Assembly: GCA_002269645.1 (NCBI GenBank)
Contig: NIVC01002434.1
Location: 110,080 to 174,079, forward strand
Length of the DNA stretch: 64,000 bases
From: Macrostomum lignano
Lineage: Eukaryota
Direction of reading: 5' to 3'
The notes beneath the pieces are model-generated. The model saw only the letters and a list, made by a program, of their open reading frames with translations, had not been told where the DNA came from and did no database searches. This document shows, one piece after another, positions 1 to 13,100 of the stretch. Positions within the stretch are counted from its first letter, which is position 1. Each line of letters starts with the position of its first letter. The position numbers and the translations under genes are program-made.

Positions 1-147
1 CTGTGGCCAAATCTATCTTATTATATTGACTATAATAAAATGTGTGATGCTATATAGGTTGATTGGAATATTGAAAAATTGGCTCCGATGAATAGCAATA
101 TACCCATCACTGGTTCTACAATACCGTCTCAGTTTAATATGAATTTA

Positions 148-263
148 GCGGCCGTCTCCCGAGACCCCGAAAACCCCGGGGTTTGGGCCACAGACACCAG
201 AACACCAGCTGCTGCTGAAGCTATAGTCTATGGTCTGAACCCTGGGGTTTTCACTCTGCGGCC
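148..263. mobile_element. Small palindromic (hairpin) dispersed repeat, MITE-like; related copy at ~7221-7370
   Basis: Arms 170-195 (aaaaccccggggtttgggccacagac) and 226-251 (gtctatggtctgaaccctggggtttt) are imperfect reverse complements. A similar sequence (ttagcggccgtcccc...ccacagac...gtctatgg...ggggtttt) recurs at 7221-7370. Confidence 0.6.
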
Positions 264-746
264 AGATGGCTGAAGTGGCCTATGTAGGAGTGTATTGAAT
301 CTGTGATGCCGAAAGCTTTGCATCAAGTGAGGATTTACGAATGTCACTTTCGTGCTTCAATCTTAGAATCTAAACTGTAGGATTCAAGACTTGAAGGCGG
401 TATAGTTAGGGATAAGCCTCTAGAAATTAGTCTAAAAAGATAAAGAGAATTAATTCAATTTTCTTTGCTAGCTCCGCGCAAAACTAAGAAGGTTGGCAGT
501 GGGGACTTGGGAGCAGAAAGTGGCTCATAGATCTGGCCAGTTGCCTAATTTGGGAAGACGGTTAGGGTTCCTGCGGGAGCTGCAAGTCAACTGCATCAAA
601 TTTGGACTTTTGCTTTTGATACTCTTCTTGTATGGGAGCAAGAGTTTTTTATACACTGGCGAGTTTTAGGCTAAAAAATATAGCTTATCTTGCTTTTTCT
701 GCTTCTAAATAAATGGCCAATGTAGTTAATAAGGTGAAAAAGTAGC

Positions 747-1418
747 TAGGTTTGATGAGGTGCAAGAGTAGGTTTGATGAGGCGCTTAAGTAGGTTTGAT
801 GAGGCGCCAAAGTACGAGCGTAGGTTTGATGAGGCTCCAAGATAGGTTTGATGAGGCTCCAAGATAGGTTTGGTGAGGCTCCAAGATAGGTTTGATGAGG
901 CGCCAAAGTAGGCTTGGTGAGGCGCCAAGATAGGTTTGATGAGGCGCCAAAGTAGGCTTGGTGAGGCGCCAAGATAGGTTTGATGAGGCGCCAAAGTAGG
1001 CTTGGTGAGGCGCCAAAGTAGGCTTGGTGAGGCGCCAAGATAGGTTTGATGAGGCGCCAAAGTAGGTTTGGTGAGGCGCCAAGATAGGTTTGATGAGGCG
1101 CCAAAGTAGGTTTGATGAGGCGCCAAAGTAGGTTTGGTGAGGCGCCAAGATAGGTTTGATGAGGCGCCAAAGTAGGCTTGGTGAGGCGCCAAGATAGGTT
1201 TGATGAGGCGCCAAAGTAGGCTTGGTGAGGCGCCAAAGTAGGCTTGGTGAGGCGCCAAAGTAGGCTTGATGAGGCGCCAAAGTAGGCTTGGTGAGGCGCC
1301 AAGATAGGTTTGATGAGGCGCCAAAGTAGGCTTGGTGAGGCGCCAAAGTAGGCTTGGTGAGGCGCCAAAGTAGGCTTGGTGAGGCGCCAAAGTAGGCTTG
1401 ATGAGGCGCCAAAGTAGG
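747..1418. repeat. 22-bp minisatellite (ggcgccaaagtaggcttggtga / ggcgccaagataggtttgatga)
   Basis: Direct tandem units are visible and explain the repetitive ORFs at 685-1566. Confidence 0.95.
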
Positions 1419-1653
1419 TTTTTGGTTCCCCATAATGTATTTTTGTAGTTTCGGCATGTTCTTCATATTGCAAAGTATTGTTCTGGCGTTCAAAAAGTAT
1501 CTTAGAAACGTGATGTCTGTATACAACGGTAAAAAGAGGGCAATAAAAGTACAATAATGAATGCATCTCAGCTGGTGGCCCAGGCGGCTTACTCGTGCAA
1601 ATTCAATATATGCTCAAAATTTACAGTAGTACACTTTGTACTTTCAATTCTAG

Positions 1654-3383
1654 TCGAATCGCTCGGCAACTTGTCAGGAAGAAGTGGCGACCACAAGCAG
1701 CCTGTTTCTGTCGGTGGTGATCGGGCTGTTCAGCCTGGTGATTGTGCTGGGCCTGTTCGGCAATTCGCTGGTCATCCTGGTGATCCTGGCCAACAGGCAC
1801 ATGCGCAGCACCACCAACATCCTCATCACCTCGCTAGCTGTGGCTGACCTGCTCTTCATCACACTGTGCGTACCGTTCACGGCTCTGTTCTATCGATTCA
1901 CCTGGAAGTTTGGCCACTTCTGGTGCGTCATGTTTCAATATTTCACCTATGTGCCCGTGTATGCCAGTGTCTACACTCTGGTACTCATGAGTTTCGACAG
2001 GTGCGTGTACTATTTTGTTATAATATGCTTATACTCAGGTTACGGGCCTTTAGAAAGGCTGTTATTTAGCAATTTGACAAGAAGTATAAGCATAATCCGC
2101 GATTTAGATGTTCTTAAGTGAATAATTACTAACGATAGTTTTTGTTTCTTCTTCCACTTATTACTTCCAGGACGTCTAATAGAAAATACTAATAAATTAA
2201 GGTTTTTAAATCTTATAAAAATAGTAATAAAAGACTACCCCGCCATTGTGAGTTCAGTCAGTTCACGGATCAACAGGTTCACCCCGTGGCTCCGCCTCAA
2301 GGCCCCAGCAAAATGAGCAGCAAAACGTCCTGTTGTTGAGTTGCTCTCAACCCAGTTCACGGGCGTTACAGCGGAGCCTCTGGCAATAGCAGCAATAGTA
2401 CAGTTTGATTACAATCCATCCTTGTCCCATCCGTCAGGTACCTGGCCGTGGTGCACCCCATGCGCAGCATTGGCTGGCGAACCAAATCCAACACTCTGCT
2501 GACCGTCGCTGTCACCTGGCTAGTGATTTCAGCTTCGCACGTGCCATTCGCTATGGGCGTTGGCGTCACCACGATCCCAATGAGCAGCACCTGTCTGTGC
2601 AACAATTCAGCTGCGAACTGCACCACAATATCCGAAGTTGGCATCTGCTCCTACGTTGGCTTCTACTCGGATCCGCTGGCCGGCCGGTTCAGCCTGATTG
2701 GCAAAATATTCTACGCCGCATTCAACATTCTGGGCTACGTGCTGCCCTACGCGCTGATCATTACTCTGTACGTCCTGCTGGTGAAACGGCTGCTGTACGA
2801 TCGGTCGTCATCGCGCCTGCCGCAGTCGATTGAGGCTGTAAAATCCAAGCGACGCGTCACCCGGATGGTAGTAACCGTCGTAGCCATATTCGGCACCTGC
2901 TGGCTTCCCATTCACGTGATTTTCGCTCTGCAAAGCTGGCACGGCGACCTAGAGGAGGTTTGGTTCAGATACCTGCAAGTGGTGTCGCAGGTCCTAGCCT
3001 ACATGAACAGCTGCATGAATCCCATTGTCTACGCGTTTGTTTCCGACAATTTTCGTCAAGCGTTTGCCAGTTTTTTAACTGGCATCCGATTGAAGCCCAA
3101 AACGCGAGATGTCGCTGCCGCTGATAATGGCAATCGGCGGTGCAGGCCGTTGCTTGAGCAGCTGCATCAACAGCGGGAAGATTTTGGCTTCAATCTGGAG
3201 CACCAGGAGCTCGATCACCAACTGCAGGTTGGCAGTGAATTGAGCAATAGTAACAAAGCACAGGCCGATGGAACTGCTGGATGTGCGACCATGGAGATGA
3301 CGCCGCTGTGCGGAGCTGTGCAGCTGACTGTTCAAGTGCATTCGAGCGCAACTCGCGATGCCGAATACGCCGAAGCGAGCTGA
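1654..3383 (+). CDS. Rhodopsin-class neuropeptide GPCR, allatostatin-A/galanin receptor-like; exons ~1654-2000 and 2438-3383, 5' end unresolved
   Basis: TM1 GLFGNSLVILV, TM2 NILITSLAVADLLF. DRY is formed across a phase-2 GT-AG intron (SFDR|YLAVVHPMRS). TM6 CWLPIH, TM7 NSCMNPIVYAFVSDNFRQAF match the AstA-R/galanin pattern. Acceptor ttctag at 1653 gives SNRSATCQEEV; no in-frame ATG in this exon. Confidence 0.88.
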
Positions 3384-4110
3384 CGATGTTTTTTTCTGAG
3401 TAGCTTTTCTTTTGTCAAGAAAAATCTAAGTAAATGGGCAACTGTGTCGAATAGCTCTAATTGGAATGAGACTAAAATCTTAGGGAGAAAAAACACCGGT
3501 TTGAGGCAGTGCGCAAAGCAAAGTACAGGCCAGAAGTGCAGGTTTTTTTGTTCATTAGCTTGTTGTCGACTAATTAGATGAGACTGGAGACGGAAAAGCG
3601 CTGGCGGCAGCTTGTATGCGGATGTTGAACTACGCTGTTTTTTTACAATATTACCAAAGTTACAATATTCTGTGTTATCCGCAATTCAAAGTGTATGTTG
3701 TTTGAGAAAATATTCCCAATTTTCTATTACGTTTCAAGTGGCAGTCTCATTAAAGTACCATATAGATTTCCAATATTAAAATATTTTTTGTCAGTGTCAA
3801 ATTGTTTAGTCTGCAAATCAAGCGATAATTAATTAAAAAATAACAAATTGCAGCATCTATTTCAACAGCCGGGCAGCAGAAGTGATAAAAAAAACTCTTC
3901 CAATAAATAATATTCATGTGTTAGCGTGAAGTTCGTGAGCTGTCGAGTGCAAATAAAAATCTACAAAACCATACAAAAAACTGAAGAAGATCATAGAAGA
4001 TTCGAAGCGCTTTACTTGAAAACAATTTCTCATATAGTTACAAGTGATATCTAATAAAAATCGTGTTTTTTGTAAATATTCCTCGAGTTTCTATATATTG
4101 GACACAATTA

Positions 4111-7100
4111 TCAGTGGCGCAGACTCTCGACAATTGGCGGGAATCGAACCTGGCGCTGCGTTTCCGTTCTGTCCGGCTCGTCATCCGTTGACTCGTCTGT
4201 TTCGCTGCCCGATTCAGCGTCGGCTGGCCGGTGGCGGCCCGGCTGCTTGTTCTGGCCGTCCGATCCGACCGCTGCCACCACCGTGTTTGATCTGTGCGCT
4301 CGCCACGACGGCTGGGGCAAGTTGTCGGACAGATTGAACGACTTGAACTCCTGTCAGTTTGGATTGGGGGGTAGGACAGCCTGATTAGCTCCTATCGTGT
4401 AAGCCAGTGAAGAGTAGCTGCTGGATTTAGATGGATGGCTAAATGGGGGGGAGGTCCTTTCCTAGAAGCTGGAAGACTATAGGGGATTTTCGATGGTTAG
4501 TATGTGGGTTGCTGACAGATAAATCCCGGGCAGAAATCTGCAAAACTCTCCAGAAATGTGTCCTATGAACCCCCTGCCCCATGGGAAAACCGACAAACAC
4601 TCGACTGTTGCCAAATCGGCTGTTTGTTTGTTTCAATTATCTGACAAAACTTTGACGACATAAAAATACAGATTGATTTCAAAAGTACAATTGATAATTA
4701 TAGTTGGTCTATAAGAACTGAAAACTCTGGCCCCGAATGGTTACTCACGGTAGTTTTGAGCACAGTGTACGGAGTGCACACGGAGCCAGCTGCGACTGCT
4801 CGGTGCGTTGACGCTCCGCCGTATTCAACGCGACGATCAGTTCGAGTCAGCCGGATTCGCTCGAAGTCTTTCTCGGCTTTAGCGCCAATTAGCGGCTGCG
4901 GAGGGGGCGAAGTTTAAGTATGTTGGAAGTTCTCTGTGAGATTAGCCAGTTAACAGTTAACATAACAGAGCCATAGCCAGTTAACAGTTAACATAACAGA
5001 GACATAGCCAGTTAACAGTTAACATAACAGAGCCATAGCAGTTAACAGTTAACATAAAAGAGCCATAGCCAGTTAACAGTTAACATAACAGAGCCATAGC
5101 CAGTTAGCAGTTAACATAACAGAGCCATAGCCAGTTAACAGTTAACATAACAGAGCCATAGCCAGTTAACAGTTAACATAACAGAGCCATAGCCAGTTAG
5201 CAGTTAACATAACAGAGACATAGCCAGTTAACAGTTAACATAACAGAGCCATAGCCAGTTAACAGTTAACATAACAGAGCCATAGCAGTTAACAGTTAAC
5301 ATAAAAGAGCCATAGCCAGTTAACAGTTAACATAACAGAGCCATAGCCAGTTAGCAGTTAACATAACAGAGCCATAGCCAGTTAACAGTTAACATAACAG
5401 AGCCATAGCCAGTTAACAGTTAACATAACAGAGCCATAGCCAGTTAACAGTTAACATAACAGAGCCATAGCCAGTTAACAGTTAACATAACAGAGCCATA
5501 GCCAGTTAACAGTTAACATAACAGAGCCACAGCCAGCTATCAGCAAAGTTATTCTGAGCTACGAACATATATAATACTGTGTTATTGTTTACCTTATAAA
5601 CTCCCGTGTCTCCGATGGCTGGCATAGTCTGCGAACGAATTTTCAGCGAACCATTCTCAGCATCCGTTGAGTTGTCCTGAAATCAGGATGATAAAAGTAG
5701 AAACCGATGACAGACCCAGATTTTTGCTCAAGCTGCCCATATTACATATTGTAAACACGCATGTTTAGTTTCAGGAATAAGTCAACTAGTCAACTCCAGT
5801 TTAGGCTTCTAGAAGTTCTAGCGCATCTTTTAGCAGCAAAATATCCTATTACCCCCCCCCCCGGTAGTCGACATCAGACTAATCTCATTACCTGTTCGTC
5901 ACCGCTGGCGCTGGCATCGACGCCTTCATTTTTTGAGTCCGCTAATGTCCGCTCGTCATCTTCCTCAGCTTCCTGCTCTCCGAGTGTGACGACTGGAATT
6001 AAAACCAGCAACGATACTACACTGTTTAGTCCCTGATCTGCAAAAATATTTATAGCTACTGTCACTAATTTGCTTACCGTCTTCAAAGAATTTTTGTCGA
6101 TCAATCTGAGCCTGCATCCACGTTTTTCTGACGCCGATGTCCCACGGTTTAGGCTGAAAGTAAAAACCAGTGAATATAGACAAATGATGTGAACTTGAGA
6201 GTTAAAATGGAGCCTGAAACACTGGGTCCCAATTTCTCTAGTCCAGTTCCTTCATTTGGAGCCAAATATCTCCCACTGTGCCTAAAACTTGACGTTACTT
6301 ACATGAGAATGATTAGTAAACATAAACATTATTAAGAGATAACATAACGGAGGCATAACATAACATTACTATCGCTCTTATTCTTCATACAAACATATAA
6401 AAACAGCGTTTATCTTGGTCATCTCGTCGTTTAAGCATTTGAAGCTCCAAATGAAGGAATTGGAACAGAGAAATCGGGACCCAACGTTTTGGGCTCCATT
6501 TTGACTCGTAAGCTCACATCCTCTTAGGATTCTGCGTTAATTTTATATCCTACGTTTATATCTCCCGTGCCTAAAAATAGTAAAAAAATGGCACAGGCTC
6601 GACTCATCGATTTTATGAATATTTTTTATCATGCTTATCTTTTTGATTTTGTACCAAGATTGGCTTTTAGCTAAAATGATTCAAGCATTCAGACAAAAAA
6701 GTCAATATTGACTTAGGCTTTGCTCATAAATATGCACTATATCGAGATCGTGAGCCTCATATAATTAAAACCTTTTATTCTACGTCAATGAAGACTCACT
6801 ACTGAGTGTAAAAAGCATGGCAAAAAGATTCATAAAACCAGTGAGCCGTGAGTTGAGCCATGTTTGATTTTTAGACACTAATATCTAAATAGAATCCTAA
6901 TTTTCTAACAAATGAATTACTCTAACTATGAAACTAAGCAGGATGTAACAGACAGGCTCACCTGTCCGAATGTCCCCACCGCTTCGCCGCTGATGGTGAA
7001 CAGCTTTGCTGTACAGTCAACACTGGCTGTCACGACAAACTCGCCAACCTCAATTTCGGCCAAGTCCACCGACACGATGGCGGCGTTGTGAGCTCGAAAC

Positions 7101-10100
7101 TCTTGCAGACAGTGCGGCGAGTTGGTCTCTAGCTGCAGAAAAAATCGAGAGGATTAGAATTCAGCGTTATTCCTTTTGATAATCCGGATTCCTTAGGCCA
7201 CAGATTCATTCGCTAATGCGTTTAGCGGCCGTCCCCGACGCCCCGAAAACCCATCAGGGGTTCTGGCCACAGACACCAGCTGCTGTTGCTAATGTCAATT
7301 GGGAGCAGCAGATGCTACTGTCTATGGTCCAAACTCCGGGGTTTTCGCACTGCCGCCATGCCGCTGCGGCCTAGTTGGAACTGCAAGCTTTCAATTTAAT
7401 CATAGATACTGAAATCAGACTTGCGAGACTGAACGTTTTCTGTCTATGGTCGACACGCGTTGGCATAGCGGAGCTCAATTTAATCCTGGGGGGCATCAAT
7501 TTGATCATTCTATGTTTTCTATGCACATTTTCACTGTCATCGTAATTTTCACGACATCGACCAGCCAGCCCAAGTACACCGCAGGTCAGTACAACAAGAT
7601 TAGCGATGAGAAGTAAGGTCTGATTGTCACCGCTTTAGGGCGCGGCGATAGTCCGCTGAAGTTTATTCCAGGGAAGTTTATGCCGAGGTTTATTCCAGGG
7701 AAGTTTATGCTGAGGTTTATTCCAGGGAAGTTTATGCCGAGGTTTATTCCAGGGAAGTTTATGCTGAGGTTTATTCCAGGGAAGTTTATGCTGAGGTTTA
7801 TTCCAGGGAAGTTTATGCTGAGGTTTATTCCAGGGAAGTTTATTGCTGAGGTTTATTCCAGGGAAGTTTATTGCTGAGGTTTATTCCAGGGAAGTTTATT
7901 GCTGAGGTTTATTCCAGGGAAGTTTATTGCTGAGGTTTATTCCAGGGAAGTTTATGCTGAGGTTTATTCCAGGGAAGTTTATGCTGAGGTTTATTCCAGG
8001 GAAGTTTATTGCTGAGGTTTATTCCAGGGAAGTTTATGCTGAGGTTTATTCCAGGGAAGTTTATTGCTGAGGTTTCTTCCAGGGAAGTTTATGCTGAGGT
8101 TTATTCCAGGGAAGTTTATTGCTAAGGTTTATTTCAGGGAAGTTTATGCTGAGGTTTATTCCAGGGAAGTTTATGCTGAGGTTTATTCCAGCCTGCATCG
8201 CCGGGCAGCCAGTCAATCTAAACATTTTTTGACTCGATGATATCCAGCGCTAAAGTGTTTATTTGTCTATTGTGTCGAATTCTGTTTTCAGTTTTTCTCA
8301 ACGATAAGTAAACGACCTGTGTTATAGCACTGGATATCTAACGTTATATGAGTAGAATGATCAAATTGATGCCCCCAGGATCAAATTGAACTCCGCCATG
8401 CCAGCGAGTGTCGACCATAGACAGAAAACTTTCAGTCTCGCAAGCCTGATTTCCGTATTTATGATTCAATCGAATGCTTGCAGTACCAACTAAGCCGCAA
8501 AAAGGAATAATATAATCTGTGGCATAGGCTTACAAAACGATTGCAAGATCAAAGAGGATTCCTTGCAACACTTTGTTCAGCAGAAATTTATAACTGTTTA
8601 TGACCAACAATTCATGAAAAAGCGTTCTTCATCAAGCCAGTCTAATTTTAAGCACTTGCTAAAACTAGTGCAATCTAAGGATGTGCACTCTAAAGAGGGG
8701 CAGCAATCTTTACTTGGCAGAGCATCGGAGTAAATTTATTGATTTTTTGTTCATCAATAATATTAGCTTACATCCCTTGCCAATTTCATTTCAAGGTCAT
8801 GCACAAAAGTGCTTCTATGGATCGTCTTTGATACACAATCGGTTTTGTAACTATATGGGCCGCCGTATGATAAATTAGTATAAGCACCACTTCTTGCTAA
8901 ATTAACATATACACAAATTTAATTTAGCGGTAACCACGCCTGACTTTCACGCCACGTGAAAATTGTTTTAATCAGACACAGACCTGCTCTCGCTGGAACA
9001 GTGCGTAGTTGGCTATGCTCCAGGTGCGCACGAAACCGGCCGTGTCTCCCGTGACCAGCGTGCTGTCCCGCTTGTTGGACACCATCGCTAGAACGCACTC
9101 GCCAGCTTCTGGCCCGCCTTCCGCAGCGCAGAACACCGCCATCTCGTGTCGGCGACCGTGCACGCTCCAGAACCGGATGTGCCCAGCCTCGCTGGTGAGC
9201 AGGAAGCCGCTCTCTCTGTAGCGTCGATCAGCCGCTCGCTTCTTTAGGAAGATCAGCTTGTCGACCGGAGCGGGCGTCCTGGCTGGAGGTTGGTAGGCTG
9301 ATCGGTGGCGGGAGTTCGGGCGACTGCGGCTCCGGCTCCGGCTGCGACTGCGAAGGTCGCTGGCGCCCCGGGTTAAAGGCGGCGTCAGGCCCTGGGCACG
9401 GCACATCTTCTTCTCACTGCAGTGTGTTGGATAACGATGGTTGACGAAGTTTTTTTACGAAATATAGAACATGGCCAATGGTGGTGATATGCTGTAATCA
9501 TTTGACGCAAGACGCAAGACGCTGGTCGAAAGACACTGCTCACCGGGGCAAAGGGTTGCTGAGTATATGTCCAGGCTTCGCCACTTATAACAACCAGAAC
9601 GAACAATTAACACAATAAATCACGCTGTATAGCAAAGATCCTAAAGTATATCAACATCAGTACCGCTCCTACTTACATCGTTTCATGATAGCCTTCACGC
9701 AGTTTCAACAGCAACTTCTCGTGATCGGCGTTCCAAACAAGGACGGCGCCGTCGTAACTCGCCGTGGCTAGGAGATCCGGCGGGCAGAAGTCGCAGCTCA
9801 GAATGTCGTCCTCGTGCCAGACGCCGCCTTTCCATTCTAGGGGGGCTCGCTTTGTGTCCTGAGCGCGAGGTTTTTAGGTTTTGGAGATGCTATAGAGTTT
9901 AGAGTTTAGAGTTTAAAGCTATAGACTATAGAGTTTAAAGCATTGGTGAAGTAGGGAAGAAAGTGGGGTGTTGGGGCGCAACCACACTTTGAGCCATAGA
10001 CCTATTCTGTAACAAACGACGCTACGAAGTTATTTTGTCTATGGTAAAAATTCGACCCGGAAAAGACAATTGAGAGCAGATTAACACTCACATCCGGGTT

Positions 10101-13100
10101 AGAATCGCGATAGCAGACAACCTCTCGACTCCAGCCGACCGTCAGAATTCTCTGCTGCATTGGCGCAGCCACCATCCCGGTGATCTCGGCGTCCGCAGTT
10201 TTCTCCAGTTCGTGCAGCACCTGACCAGTTTGAAAGTTCCACACCTTCATGCTGCCGTGACGACTGCCGGTGAACAGACGGCGGTAGGTGGCATCGTAGG
10301 CCAGACACGTGACTTCTTCTTTGTTATGCGCGTCGGCAAATGCCAGGCATTTATTGCCGGTGTCCAGTTCCCACGTGGTCATGCTGGAGTCGTCCGAAGC
10401 GGTGGTGACCTGCTTGAATGTCGGGTTGTAAAGCGCCGCACACAGTTGCGCCTTGTGCGTCAGGATCAGTCCGGGCACCGGGTCAGCGGCTTTGCCTGAA
10501 GTTTTAGTTCAAAAGCTTGGGCTTCGAAAACTTGCAAAATGTGTCAAGATATCGCTGAGTCATGTTGTCAGCATCGCTGAGTCATGTTGTCAGCATCGCT
10601 GAGTCATGTTGTCAGCATCACTGAGTCATGATGTCAGCATCACTGAGTCATGTTGTCAGCATCACTGAGTCATGTTGTCAGCATCACTGAGTCATGTTGT
10701 CAGCATCGCTGAGTCATGTTGTCAGCATCACTGAGTCATGTTGTCAGCATCTCTGAGTCATGTCATTTTCGCTTGTACTTCAGTATGCACTGCTGAGATG
10801 TAGAATTTCTGTATTTAGCGCTAAGAAAACAAGTTAAAATTAAAAAGTTGTGGCGTCGCAAAAAAGTTTTCTACTTATATTTAGACGGGATAAAATAATT
10901 TTGCTTTGATTAACAGAAAATTATTCTACTTACATGACATTACTTACTGGTAAAAGCAAACAGATTTACTAAGTAACCTCAATTCTAAATCCTGGAGTTT
11001 ATTTTGAGCAGTGTAGAACCTATTTGGCTCCGTTAATCACATGACATAAAAACGTAAAGCTAAAATCAAAAGCTACTGAGCAGACGGATAGTTAATAACT
11101 AAGAAACGAGGCTATTCGGCTGATAAGCAAGATAAGCACATAAATTATGTATGTAAAAGTATGTAAGAGCCAGACATAAACATTCTCGCTACGTAAGATC
11201 TTACCGTCTTCATCGTCGCCTGAAATTTGATTTTTTGAATGATAATTTATTTGAATTTTGGTATTCGATAGCGTTTACCCTGGCTGATCGGGGTGACTAC
11301 TCGTAAAGTTGTTGCTTGCGCATGTGCGCATTATGCATGACTGTTAGTAGTAAAAATTGACGAAAAAGTTCACCTTTTGGACTTCCGGTATTATTCAACT
11401 ACAAAAAGTTAGAGTGGAAAGGCGAGAGATGGGATGAGAGAAAAGATAAAAGAGGAGAGAAGAGGGGAAAGGGGCGAGAGGGGAGAGAAGTAGAGAGGGG
11501 AGAGGGGATAGAAGAGAGAGAAGAGAAAGAGCTGAGCAGAGGTACAAACTTTAAGCGGGCCGGATTGCTATTGTGAAGTTTCAAAGGACCCGATCGTGCC
11601 GGATAAAGAGGCTTCGAAGGCCGCATATAACCGCGCCTTGACCTACCTAATCTGCAACTGCTGAGCACCCACATGCACAGGCAACACACCAACAGCTTGA
11701 ACATAAAAATCCTAAAAATCATCCTAAAAAAAAGGCCCCCTAAAAATCAACTTGGCATCTGTTAAGAATCACACTCGCAGGCATTAGGAACCACATTGCT
11801 TACCTAGTCGGTATTGCAGAATATTGTCCGAGCTGCACAGGTAGACAGTGTTAGATCCCAGGTGCAGGGTCAGCGGACTGCCCATGTGGTCAGGCAGTTT
11901 GTCAGTGACAGAGTAGGGTATTCGGACAGTCACAGTCTGAACGCAGACGTGCGCCTTCAAGTCCCAGGCTTTGATAATGCCGTCACGGGCGTAGCTCAGT
12001 ACGCAGCCCTGTTTCTCGTGAATTTTCACGGACAGCACTGCATTGTTGTGGCCCTCGAGCAGGGCCGTGTGCTTGGCCGTCACGTAGGGGTTCCAGAACC
12101 GGACTAGATGATCGTGCGACCCGGTGACGAGTAAGTTGAGAGTCCAGTTGATGTCGAAGCACTCTGCCCCGCGACGCAGCTTGAAGGTGTACAGAGTTCG
12201 ACGATGTTTCAATTCGTAGATGACAACGGAGTTGTTGGGCGCCGCGCTGCAGGTCACGGTGCAGTTGTTGTCCGGCAGGTAGGCCAGTTCATTGATCGGC
12301 TCGGTGTGCAAGCCCTCGTGGTGGAAGGCGTCCACGCATTTGGTGTGGCTAGCCATCTCGTAGTACCAGATCCTCTGGCTGCGATGGTTCGGATCTGGCG
12401 GGATGTCGAACAGCTGCTGCATGGGCTTCTTGAACACGAATTCGGTCAGGTTACCACCGTCGTCGCCAGCAAACAGATGGCTGTCCGTGTTGGCAGCCTA
12501 GACGGATTTGGTTGACGCGTGGTTTGTCACTTATAGTAGAGCCAAAAATGGCATTTCTTTAAATCGATTTATTCCTCTAATAATACAACTACTCCCCCAA
12601 ACAGTCAGTCTGCAACCCCTCCCCCGAACACAGAATCAGTCTGCAACCCCTCCCCCGCACACAGAGTCAGTCTGCAACCCCTCCCCCGCACACAGAGTCA
12701 GTCTGCAACCTCTCCTCCCTCACACAGAGTCAGTCTGCAACTCTTCCCCCCCCCCACAGAGTCAGCGTGCAACCCCTCCCCCCACAGAGTCAGTCTGCAA
12801 CCCCTTCCCCCCCCCCACAGAGTCAGTCTGCAACCCCTCCCCCCCACAGAGTCAGTCTGCAACCTCTTCCCCACAAGTCAGTCTGCAACCCCTCCCCCCC
12901 ACAGAGTCAGTCTGCAACCCCTCCCCCCCACAGAGTCAGTCTGCAACCCCTTCCCTCCCACAGAGTCAGTCTGCAACCCCTTCCCCCCCACAGAGTCAGT
13001 CTGCAACCCCTCCCCCCCCCCACAGAGTCAGTCTGCAACCCCTCCCCTACAAAGTCAGTCTGCAACCCCTCCCCTACAGAGTCAGTCTGCAACCCCTCCC

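Noticed and set aside
685-1566. Three overlapping 214-293-aa minus-strand ORFs
   Set aside because: Products of the 22-bp minisatellite.
4135-4165. tRNA B-box-like ggttcgattcccgcc on the minus strand
   Set aside because: Falls in the last coding exon of the WD40 gene (QVRFPP); no cloverleaf.
6585-6875. Second inverted-repeat element next to the 6186-6520 MITE
   Set aside because: Arm similarity too short and degenerate to define boundaries.
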